This document shows, piece by piece, positions 9,472 to 22,300 of a stretch of DNA of 43,751 nt (position 1 is the stretch's first letter; every line of letters starts with the position of its first letter). The stretch covers positions 7,161 through 50,911 of the forward strand of contig CAYOWP010000008.1 of the NCBI GenBank assembly GCA_964407715.1, read 5' to 3'. The translations under genes and the position numbers were made by a program. The notes beneath the pieces are model-generated. The model was not told the origin of the DNA. It did no database searches and worked only from the letters and a program-made list of their open reading frames with translations. Source of the stretch: an uncultured archaeon (lineage in GTDB: Archaea; EX4484-52; JAADEF01).

Positions 9472-10341
9472 TTATGCTTTTTTCCATATAATGTAAAGTA
9501 ATAGAGAACAAACAATCACCAATATATATGTTGAAATCCAGCTTTTTTCAATGATTTTCACTGTTGGTAATGAGGTATAATCTTCTTGAGATGAATCCTT
9601 TAAATAACTACCTGTAAGGTTATCTTGATTTGTTCCATAGGAAGATTTGAGAGTCTGATCAAAGAATTCAGCATTACTTTCATTGCTAACATTACCCTCA
9701 ATGCTCTCATTTCCTTCGCGTTGGTGTGATGCATCTTTTCTACCTTTCTTCTCTAATTTACCCTCATGCGATGATGTTAAATTCTCTTCAGATTCTTGAG
9801 AGGTTTGAATGGATGACTGCGATAAAGGAGATTGTTGGATTGGAGGAAGATAAGCATTTAGATATACATTGAAATCATAATGTATGGCTGGAGAGATTCT
9901 TGGCACCACTTCTCCATTTGAGATTTCATTAGAGATTAGCGGATAAATATCTATGGAAACCTTTTTTTTCATGTTATGAGAGGATGGAGAATAATACTCA
10001 AAGAGAACATAAACCTCTTTATATTTTTTGATTTTATTTCCTAAAACCAATACTACATCCTTACCTGCAGATGTGAAAAATTGAGAATCCAATACACGTC
10101 CATGTTCATCAATCAAAGATACTTTTAAGTTGTTATCTGAATTTTTGTTATCTATCTTTATTGAATACATATATTTATCATAGGCCATATCTAAGATAAC
10201 TGGAATTATCCTTTTTTCTCCATATCCAAGAGCTATGTTATGTCTATGCACAATATATGCAATATTATAACCATAACTTAACATAGCAAAACAAGTAAAC
10301 ATTAAAAAAATCAAAACTATAAATTTAATGCTTTTATTCAT
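9472..10341 (-). CDS. Secreted/membrane-anchored hypothetical protein
   Basis: Likely start MNKSIKFIVLIFLMF (ATG at 10341, GGTGA SD upstream) giving a signal peptide; low-complexity S/Q/E stalk and C-terminal TM ending WKKA. Confidence 0.75.
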   Translation of the reverse strand: MNKSIKFIVLIFLMFTCFAMLSYGYNIAYIVHRHNIALGYGEKRIIPVILDMAYDKYMYSIKIDNKNSDNNLKVSLIDEHGRVLDSQFFTSAGKDVVLVLGNKIKKYKEVYVLFEYYSPSSHNMKKKVSIDIYPLISNEISNGEVVPRISPAIHYDFNVYLNAYLPPIQQSPLSQSSIQTSQESEENLTSSHEGKLEKKGRKDASHQREGNESIEGNVSNESNAEFFDQTLKSSYGTNQDNLTGSYLKDSSQEDYTSLPTVKIIEKSWISTYILVIVCSLLLYIIWKKA

Positions 10342-10358
10342 TATATCACCACTAAACC

Positions 10359-13300
10359 TTAATATGACGCATTCACCATTATCCATATGGTTCCGCTATA
10401 TACTCCGCTATACACTGGAGGAATATCCAAAAATAGTGTGAGATTTACCCAATCACCAGCATACATGGCACTTAATATTTGCCTGTACTCATAACTTAAC
10501 TTATTATCCATATCGCTCCAACATGATTGTGCTGAGGAAGGAGTTGGATAATCCTCAACCCTACCAAGACATCTTGTAATATTCCATACAGGTATTTCAT
10601 ATCCTGGTGTAGAGGAGGTAAGATTTTCTCCTTTTATCCATAGACCTCCGTTACCATCTGCTGAATCTGGAGAGAGTTTAATCTCTGTGGTATTTGCAGC
10701 TTTAATCATAGAAGTAGAGGGATCTGCTACGGTTACAGGAGGAGTAATATAGTTTTGAGTAGCGTCTTGAGGAGGCAAATACCAGTAAGTAATGTTTTCA
10801 GGCTCAACGCTCAATAACAGAACATATCCTATATATACCTCTGCATTTTCTGTTGAATTGGTCATTCCAAGACTGGAATTAAACCATACCGAGACATTCC
10901 ATTCACTTCCATATTCTCCTGTTGCATTAACCAAAAATGAGATATTGCATGTTTGATTTGGCTGCATGTTTGCTAAGCACAATCTTGGATTTGGTTGGCC
11001 ATCATTTATATAGAACGGCTGCGCGCCTATTGTGGTAGAGATTATATAGCTCTCATTGTATATAGCAGTTGCATTAACATCTCCACAACCACCATACTTA
11101 CATGTTACTGTAGCATTAATATAGAAGTTATCGTATCTGGATACATATGTGGTTGTTTCTGGATCTGGGAATATTAACTCGACCCATAATACGCCCAATG
11201 TCTCATTAATGTATACTGTGTTTCTACTTTCTGATATGTTGGTTTCATACCACAGTTCTGGTTCAGAATTGATTTTACATACGATATCATAATATGATCC
11301 TTTAACATACTTGTTTTCATCAACAAACCAATTAAGCGTTGCTATTCCTGAGGAATCTGTCAAAGAAGATCCAAGGTATTCTGTATATGTTGAGTTTTCA
11401 ACATAAAAACTCACATTATAGTTTGCGATTCCTTGTTCATTGACATAATCCTTAACACTACATTTTATTTGCACCGTATTATTGATATAGACAGAACTTC
11501 CGTTATATGGATATGTTACATTTACATCTGCCTTGCTCCAATATTCAACCATAACCTCATCATGACCTCTCTTATAATATGGCGCAGATGTATTGACCTC
11601 TATGAGATGATATCCAAGAGGTGCATTAGATGGAATGGTATATGTGAAGTTCTCTTGAGAGCCAATTTGAGTTCCATTATCAGCCCATACCACACTCTCT
11701 GGGGTAATTGTTTCACCTGTATCATCCTTTGTAGTGGAATTAAACCAATAACTTTGCCCGCGATACAATTTTGACCCTTCAAGTGGAGATAGGATTGTTG
11801 TATTCAAAGCTCCCATAATCACAATTATTATGGTGATAGATGAAGTCTCTGAGTATGCCTCGTAATATTTATCTGGATCATCATCTATCATAGCTGTGAG
11901 TTTGTGATATCCAACCTCTGTTGTGGATGCATCCCATGTGAAATTAGCATAGCAGTTGTTGTTTTTATCTGTATATGCAGAGCCAAGGTAATATCCAGGA
12001 GTTACATTGTCATAGTAGTCAACTTTATATCCATCAATACATGCCCATGTATCATAGTCACTTACATTGGTAATGAGATAGATTATTGACCTATTTACCT
12101 CTTGTCCATCTTGTGGAGAAATCCAATCCACTCTGCTAAATCCCCATACTGAGAAGTTCAAATATGAGAGTGTATTATTCACATTTCCTGCTGTATCATT
12201 AGCATATAACTTCACATAATGTACACCAACCAACCATGAATAATTAAGCGTGATGGTGTGGTTTGTCCAGTTATTAACATGTCCAGGAACATACACAAAG
12301 TACATATTTGGTGAAGTAGTATTTATTTCATACCACGAGTAGTTTATTTCTTCATCCCATAATCCGTAGAGAAGTATGCTTTCATTTCTGAAAACCTTAT
12401 CTGTATAGCTCACATTTAAGCCATAAAGATTATTGACAATATGTGGTGGAACAGCATCTCCACTCACGACAGTGTTAAGTGTGGCAGACTTATTTCTAGG
12501 ATATGAGGCATTATACATCAAAGTGGAGTTATCCAATATCTCACATGTCATTGTTTCTTGACCTTCTGTATAATCAGTATAATTCCATGTTGCTATTCCA
12601 TTGCTATCTGTGTAGTTAACACCTAATAGATGAGTTTCATTATAAAATCTTACCATATACCCCTCTATTGGTGAAGAACTATTGGCATCTATCACTTTAC
12701 ATGAAATAATGGTTGAGTTTCCAACATACATGCTTGATGGGTTTAAGGTTATAGATGATATTTTAGCCCATCCCCATACCTCAAATATTGTGTATGATGT
12801 TGAGTTGATATTTCCTGAGGTATCATTGGCATATTGCTTCCATGCTATATAGCCAGGCGAATATGTTACTGGATATGTATATGTAAAGTTAGCCCATGCA
12901 TCCTTTTGATGTGATAAATACATCGCGGAGATATTTTCAAATGTTCCTGAAACATTCATCTCTAAGATAGCATAATCCAATTGATAGTTATCATGCCAAT
13001 ATACGTCCATCTCTATTGATTCACCTTTATGTATTAAACTTGTATTTTGAAGCACAAGCGTATAGTTTGGATAAACAGATTCCTTTGTAAAGATAGTGAA
13101 TGATTTCTCATCACTACTTGGATCAGCTTTATAGAATAGAGTTTCGTTATCAGAGATATTGCATTTCAATGTCTCATAACCTGGGGTAGTATCCATATAA
13201 ATCCATGAAGCATATCCACTTGAGTTTGTATAGTTTACGCCCAATAGATGTGTGCTGTTATAGAAATATACAGCATAACCTTCTATTGGTGAAGGAGGAG

Positions 13301-16300
13301 AAGCACTCAAATCTTTTACTTGACAATGAATCTCCACATAATCTCCAACACCAATCTCACTTGCATTTATATATCCATTTGTTATGGATGCCAAACCATA
13401 GACAGGCAATGTTAGATACCATAATGATGAATTCATGTTTCCTGCAACATCCGATGCATAGATTTTCACTACATGATTGCCCAATAACCATAAAGGTCCA
13501 GTATCAATAGTATAGTTTGTCCAGTTATATGGATTCGGAGATGGCAATGTAATGGTATAATTGATTAATGTGGATGCAGTGGAGTTATACTCAATTATAG
13601 CATTAGAGATTTCTTCATCCCATCTTGCATATGCAAGAACATCCTCTCCACGAATGATATAACTTACATTTAATCCATAAGTATTGTTATATAAATCAGG
13701 AGGATCATTATCCTGAGCCAAAATCCTGAATGTTGATATATCTCTTTCCCCAACACCAGAACCAACAACCTTAAAAGTAACTTGTCTTTCATCAGGAGTA
13801 GCATTTGTTAAGTTTAGGATAAAGTAGAATGTTACCTTTCCTCCAGGATCTTCTTTACCATCTAATGCAGAGGTATTCCATTCCAATATATTATTTTCAA
13901 ACTTTCCACCTATTCTATCAGAGGTATCTGTAGAGTTCCTATACCATATGTCATTATACTTAATAATCCATTTTGAACTATCAAGATTCTCATAACTTAC
14001 ATTTGTTTCATTTATCCACCATATAGCAGAATCAGAACTTACATTGACATCTATCTCAATTCTATATATCTCATCAACATACATTATAAAGGTATCATTC
14101 AAACCTTCCTTTTCTAAATCCAATGTAGATGTTCTTGGATTCAAAGAGTTTGTGATGTTATATACACGTATTGATGTGATGTTTAGCTTTAACTCTCCTG
14201 TTGAGATATTGAACTCATCAGTATTTGTAATTAATCCATAGATGCTTTGCAAGATATTGCCTTTTTTATTCGCGATATCAACCTTAACTCTATATACTCC
14301 TTTAGGATAAAGATTGGTGTTGAATGGTGAGGCATTCCAAATAGATGCAAACTCAAATGAGTCATGAGGAGAAAGGAATCTTAAAGTATCTGTAGACGAA
14401 TCATTAATAATTGTTTCTATTGTTACCCATCCTGATGTTGTGTTTTGTTGCACATATGCAACCAAATAATAATGCATAGAAGAGTTACCATGATTTATCA
14501 CCACAGAACCCTGATTAAATTCCTCTAAGATATACTTCTTTGTAGAATTATAACCATAGCTTATTCTATTACTTATAGCACCGAAAATATTTGTCTCTCT
14601 ATCATTAGATAATTGTTCATAATATGCAAATACAGAATTATTACATTCTAAGCTATATCCAGCATCTCCAGCACCAAAGAGCATATGGCCAGGATATGGA
14701 GATTCCAAGTTTCCTACTGTCTTACTATCTACTACTTGTCCGAGAGAATTCTTAAGATCACATTTCGTGAATGAGTAAGGCACAGCAACAGCAATATACT
14801 CAAAATCTACTGGGAAGTAATATTTGCTACTTAATTCCCATCCTGGAAGGAAAGTAGTTCCATCGGTTCCATCACCATCAGCTATTGAGTTTACACCTAC
14901 AGGTTTATTGGCTTTCACATATACTGCAGGTCCAGCACCCTGAGATCCTAAACCGGTCTCTCTATACGTTTCTCCTCTATTTAAAATTATAGGTGTAGCA
15001 TTTGTGGTTCCATCACTCTTATAATACCATACATAAGTATTATCTTCTAATGCAGATATCATCAAATACTCACTTGCAACACCATACCACTCCTTACTTG
15101 CAGGATACATTATATAAGCATCATTTCCTGTAGCATCATGAAATGCCAATACAGGCGCATCACATTCCAATATTCCTGCATTTCCATCTGTGATATCTGT
15201 GTTTCTTGTTACAGCCTGACCTTTTTGTACAGTGAAGCTATCAACAAGAGATGTGGAATCATAAATCTTACAATTTGCATCCTTCCATGGTGATAGCACA
15301 TAGAATCTATCTGATCCACGATCCATTCTATATGTGAATCTCTTTCCAGCCATTGCAATGCTTGGAAATGCATCTCCATCATCATGTACGCTTGCTATGA
15401 ATACAGGAACATCATGCGCTATAGGTGAGTTTTGAGACATTTCAGTTGAGGATATAAGTTCAGGTTGTTGTTCTGTAAGTGCATGTACTGTGGAATCCAC
15501 AATCATATATCCATCCTTAAATGCTATTGCATAAGCATCGCTTCCATTGTGAACAGAAGATACAGGATAATGTATTGTTATGTTTTGATCATATGACGTA
15601 ATCTCTATTTCAGAGGATGCATAGTTCTTTACGCTTGCATGCGAGTCATAGTACATGAATAATGTTGCATTTCCATTTTGCGGTATTTCAGGAACATATA
15701 CATAAATATATGTCTTTTTGCGATTGCATGATCCTGGAATAATATAGAAAGATGTATTTTCCTCTTCTTGTGAACTTGTATTATAATAAGTAAATGCTAA
15801 ACTACGGCAATGTTCATCTAATTTGCCAGCATCTATTAATTCTTTGGTATCTACAACAATCAACTCATAACTTCCATTTAACTGAAATGGATGTAGATTC
15901 TCAAGAACTATTTTTCTCTTATAATATCTATCCCTATAATACCAACTCTTATTAGATATTAAATATACATCTGTGTTTGGAGGATAACTGCTATTGTCTG
16001 TTTTAACATAAACTTGGGCATAGGAGTTCAACTTAAAGATGTTTGTTTGGGAGGTATTTTTACTTCCTGTGATATCTTCTGTAGTAACATAATAATGATA
16101 TGTTCCATAATCCCAAAGGTTTGTGAGGTTATATGAGTAGATATCTCCATAGATGTTTGTCATGTTATATGAATATTGCGAGCCATTCGGATACTCTATA
16201 TAAAGTATAGCATTTGCTATGCCATCATCATCTGTTAGGTTAGCATAGATGGATATATTACCTCCATAAGAGATTTCTTGTGGTTCATGCCATAAAGCAT

Positions 16301-19300
16301 TTATTTTTGGTTTTAGGCCAATATCTAAATAGCTTTGGTTATCTGAGTATAGCAAGTATGAGGCATCATTTCCAAAGAAGGATACATTAATAAGATGCAA
16401 CCCAGGTTGTGCATCTAAAGGAATATCATAAGTGATAGATGCTATTCCTTGGCTATTTGTTATGGAAGATCCTATGAAGATTCCTTCAGTTTCATCATAG
16501 AATCTTAATTGCTCATTTGATACAGGATTGCCTAAGTCATTCAAAAGCTTTGCCTCTATAATTACACTCTCTCCTACACTTGCATTTGTATCATTGAATG
16601 TGATGTTTATTACCTGAGTTTTTGCAAATACCTCTATCTGGAGATTCTTGAAATCTTCTTGTCCTTGATCAGATGCTGATTTTAATGTAACTGTTTGCAA
16701 TCCTAAGGATGCTGAGGATGTAATGTTTACTGTAATATTGTTCCAGAAGATATGGTATGGCTCTAAGAGAGATGTCTTCTCCGAGAGATTACCAGAGGCA
16801 TTTATCCATCCACTTGGCAATGTATAATTTAACCATGCATTAGTTGCATTTATGTCTGCGGTGTTGTTTATATAGGATTCAAATAAGTATCCGCCACTTC
16901 CTCTTATTACACGTGTTGGATATGTATAAGGAGTTATTACTAAGATGCCTTGATATCTTACCTCTAATGTTTGTGGTGCTAATTCTTCCCATTTCTTGTA
17001 TTCATCTCCAATGTTCACATATTGAAGTGTAGCATTTATGATATAATCGCCTTGTTGTGTTGATTGTGTATAATTTATGGAAAAGTTGGCATAGGCATAG
17101 GTATTTCCAGAGATGTTTCCTAGATAGCATATATTTTGCTGGTTCTCTTGTCCTGGAAGAGCACATGTACAATTTAATGTTGGGTCACAATTGATAGTGA
17201 CGTTAACATCACTGATATTTACGCTCCATGCATTATACAAAGTAAAGTTATAATATGCCAATTTATTTCCACCTATATATATTCTTGTTGGTTGTAATGT
17301 TGAGGATACGTTATTTCTTAAATCATGAACTATAATGTACTCTGTACCATTGGAACGTGTCTTACCATTCTCTAATGTCATGGTTACATTCCAATAAAAC
17401 ATATAATTTCCTTGTGCTGTTAATGGTATAGGATATCCATTAGAAGAATTGTCATATATAGCATAGCACTCGCTGTCATATGGTATATTACCACAGGAAT
17501 ATATTTCATTAAGTGGACCAAATCCTGCATAGCTCTTATCTTTTTTGACGAGATCCAACTCCACTTTTGCATCTATTGCAGTATTGTTATATGCCTTTAC
17601 TGTGATATTGATTAAGGCAATATTATCACCAACCTCATATTCTTTTACATTTCCTTTATAAATATTTTCATGCTCCAATTTTGTCATTCTAAGTTCTGAT
17701 TCTATTATCTCAAAGATATAGTAATCTTCCAAGCGATTTCCAAATGAATCTCTTATAGGATTCATATTCTCATCAACAAATGCAGCGTAGACTCTATATC
17801 TTCCTGGTGCATGATCAGAGGTATCCCACCCTCCTTCAGATTTCCATAATTGTGTAAGATTGATTTCCTCTCCTGGAAGTAAGGTACGCAAATTACCATC
17901 TGCTTTGTCATTGATAATTACACCTCCTGGAAACACTAAACTCCACCCTGTAGAGGTTTCTTCTTCAACAATCATATATAGATATCCTTTCAATGTAGTG
18001 TTTCCTCTATTCTTTAGGTTATTGTACACATCTTCCTCTGTTCTATTTATCTGAACTATGCTATACTCGAATGCATTTCTGAAATGTTTTATGCCATAGA
18101 GATTTGTCTCATAGGAACCTGCTCTTTCAAAATATGCAAAAAATGGAGAGGTACAATTAATCATAGTACCTCCAGGAAGATTTCCAAATCTCACAAATCC
18201 TGGATTAGGATATGAGGTATTGGATGCGCTGGCATGTTGTGATGCGGCTAAAGTGTTATTGGCATAGTAAGCGTAACATGTAGCATCTGCATCTTGTGTT
18301 GCAATAGCAACATACTCTGCATCTGCAGGAAGAATATACTCATCCTCAAGCTCATGCTTAGGTAAGAAAGTTGTTCCTTCTGTACCATCACCATCAGCAT
18401 ATGCTAATGCATATACTGGCTTATCTGCTTTGATATACATCGCAGGAGCATTTCCTTGCTGACCTAAAGAGCCTGAGGTATAGCTATCTCCAGCATTTGT
18501 TAATGTTATTGTTGTTGGTGTGTTTTGATCACTTCTATAGATTGTGATATGCGTATTTGCCTTTAATGCAGTAATAACTAAATTGTTAGATGGTACTCCA
18601 TACCATTCTTTATTTGGTGGAAATACAGTGAAGAAATCATAGTTTGATTCTGCTTTTCTATGTAAGAGTATTGGTTTTGTTGAATTAACATATATTGCAA
18701 CACCATCTGAGAAATCATAAGTAAAGGTATTTGCTTGTTCATAATTAAGCGATAGAGATCCAACTTTATTATATGTTCCTCCAGAAATGCTATAAAACTC
18801 TATTATATTGTCATCTCCGAAAGACAATACTGTAAGGTATTCTGTACCTCTTATAGCATAGCTTATAAATTCCTTACCCAATGCAATCTTAGGTGTAAGT
18901 GCATCACCATTTCCGCTACTTAAAGTAGTAGTGGAAAGTGGCTTATTGCTTTTGAGAGCGCTTCCCAAACTCAAATATGATGAAGAAATAGTTGCTATTT
19001 GTTGTTTATCAACTGTGGAAGAGTATCCTCCTATTTCAAATTCAGTATTGTTATAGTATGCAGATATTTGAAGGTTAGCACTAGCAATATCTTCATCAAG
19101 CACATAATATAGAGATTTCTTGCATAGATAGCTAAACACGGCACTTTTGTTTTGTTTGTCTTCTGCTGAGGGATTGCCATAATATATGTAGAGGTATGTT
19201 TTGTCATGGGAATTTATTATAGGCACTTGAGTCCATATAAGAGTATTGGATGTATTACATCCACTTTCAATCCAATAGGGTATCTCTTCATAAGTAGAAC

Positions 19301-22300
19301 CTATAACTTGTGGATCTCCAACTGTAGTGGACATTGAATAATCTCCATATGGCAGTCCATATATTAAAGTTGCATTACTTATTGCCAAATAGCCATTGTC
19401 TTCTGTTGTGTGATAACCATCATATCCTGCTTCTTCTTCCATTTGATATTCAAAACTTCCTAATTTTACATTTCTTATTCTTTCATGAAGATTATCTCCT
19501 CCATTTTCACTTAATACCTTTGCAACCACTGCAGGAAAAGCATCTCTAAAGCTTAAGGTATATAATGTCCAATCATCTCCTGTAGGTTGATTATGGGATC
19601 TAATGTCGCATTGCATTCTAAATGTATCAATCTTAAAGGACATGGGTTGCATGGCTATATATCCTATATCTTCATAGGTATGTGATGTATCAGAGGTATC
19701 CGTCTCCTCCAATTTAACTTCAAAACTTCCTGTAAGTATATTATCGACCCTTGTTTTTACAGGATCAGCTTCATTGTATGTCAAGGTTTGGGTAAGAACA
19801 ACAGGTTTAGAAGAGAAAACTTTTTGGAATGTAACAGTGGAATATGAGGAATCAACTGTTGATGTTCCAACCTCAATATATTTTCCTCCTACTAACCATT
19901 GTCCAGGTAGCATTGCGATATAAGATGCATTTTCATTCCCATGCACACCATCAAGAGCAACAGATTCCTCTATTTTTGCAGTAAATTCATTTGTGGATAT
20001 GCTTAATATTCTAACAAATGCTTGATCAGCTTCATTTTCAGAATTCAAAGATGCTATTATTATAGGAGATTGCGAATATGCATGCATAAAGGAAATAGTG
20101 GTATTGGTACTATTCAAAATGAAGGTTCTTGCCTCTCCTATTACTTTATTGAATACAGCAGAATAATTCTGCTTGTTAAGAGCATTTTTATTTCCATAGT
20201 ACATATAGAGTGTCTTAGTTTTGTGAGCTCCAATATATGGAATCTTAATCCATATAATTGCAGTACCTGCCTCTTTATTTATGCTCTCTACCCAATAATC
20301 CAAGAACGTATCATTATGATAAGGATTTTCTACACGAGTCTCAAATATTCTTATATCAGAACCATCTTCATTCATATTTGCAACTATTTCTTTGTTATTT
20401 ATTGTAATCTTTACACTCCTATCTGTAAATGAGACTGAGTTAGTGTTTGTGATATTCAATTCCACAAGATAAATGTTTTTTATAACTGTAATTCTTAGAT
20501 CCTCACATGAGTTTTTCATTTTTCCTTGAGAAATTAATTGTTTAGTATTTAGTGTGATGTTTATTACATCAAAACATACAGATTCATCATTAGGATTATA
20601 AAGCTCTATAGGTAATCTATATTTCCAGGATGTATTGAACCAATCATAGTCATAATTGCTCAAATATACCTTTTCAAAGTTTCTATACTTATCTTTTTCT
20701 GTTTTAACTGAAAACTCAGCTTTAACATCAACAACAAAATATGCAAAGTCTGATTGGTTATCTATGCCATCAGTGTTGTTTACCCAAACATAAAACTTAA
20801 ACTTATCCGCATGCCAAGATGAAAAGTTATATTCATAGAGATCATTGCCTATATAGCTCATAGAAGCACCATCTACTATTACATCATTTGTTGAGTTATA
20901 TACATAAATTAAGGCAGTATCTACTCCCACTTCATCAGTAATATTCGCTCTTAACCTTATAATTTGATGATTTCCTTGCCAATATGGTAAAGCATAAATC
21001 TTATTTATTTGTGGCACAGAAGATACTTTATATTGAGAAGATGCATTTGATTTTTCAAGAAACTCTGGCCAAGAACCATTAAACATAGCATATACAGTAT
21101 GGTATCCAAGTATTTCATCTTTTGGTATTGTGTATGTAATCTCAGCATAGCCATTTTCATCTGTCAATGCCGTTCCATAATATTTATTTGCGGTTGCATC
21201 ATAAAATGTGATATTATGGGCGGATAAAGGCTCATTTAAGTCATTTACAAGTTTTGCTCTTAAAGTAATATTTCTTCCTTGTCCTTGTACCGATGGGATA
21301 ATAGTGAAATCTATAATATATGTTCGTATGAAGACAGTAACATTTATTTCTTGAGAATATGCATCTTCTATATATTGATTTGTAGAATTTACCTTTATTC
21401 TTATAGTATAATTACCTTCTTGTTTTGGTGTGATTACCCAAGAAATGTTGCACTTGCATGATGATGTATTCTTTTTGACTTCTTCTAAGGAACATGTATG
21501 TGGGTTAGTGGTTGAGAAGATACTAGAAGGTTTCATAATAACAAATGAAGGTATGAGTACGCGATATCCTAATTGGATTTTATCAATGATATCTGATTCA
21601 TTTCCATAAGTTGATGTAAACTCTACTTTATATTGCACATATTTATCTGGAGGCGCCTCAATAACAGTATTATTATCCATCAAATACCACTCACTCCATG
21701 CACTACCATCAGGTGAGGTTCTTACATAGAAGGTTGTATCACTATATTGCATATCTTTTCCATACCAATAAAATTTGTTAAATTGATATTCTGCTGTACC
21801 AATATTGAATACCTTGGATATATATATTCCGCTGTTTTCTATCTTCCTTTTTTCCTCACTTCCTACATAACTCTTAAAAGTTGCATTCTCAGCATATTTC
21901 CTAACATATATCAAATCATATCTTGCAGGATTTGATGATGAGTCAGCATCATTAAATCCACATAAACTACCTGAAACATAGGAAAGAGTATTTGAGGTGG
22001 AATATCCATTATTCAAATCTATTATATATTGATATCCATCACGCAATGTGATTCTATAGTGATGGAAAGTTGTATCTGTTTGCGAACCTGATGGATAACA
22101 AACACTTGTATCAATACATTGAGATCCAGAACCATCATCTGATATGAAGTATATGTTTCCTATCTTTAATCCAGAATCAAAATCACTTCTAGTTTCCTCT
22201 TCTCTCATCCAGAAATCTACAAATATATCTGCAGACATACTTTTTATAGTACATGCACCTAATATTTCATTACCACCATTAACTTTCATAACTCCTGTAT

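Noticed and set aside
10342-10386. Annotated start at 10386 for the 304-aa ORF (also GTG 30482 for glgP and TTG 287)
   Set aside because: 10386 overlaps the giant gene, and a better ATG with SD and signal peptide lies at 10341. The glgP extension runs through AT-rich promoter-like sequence. The 287 ORF is open to the window start.
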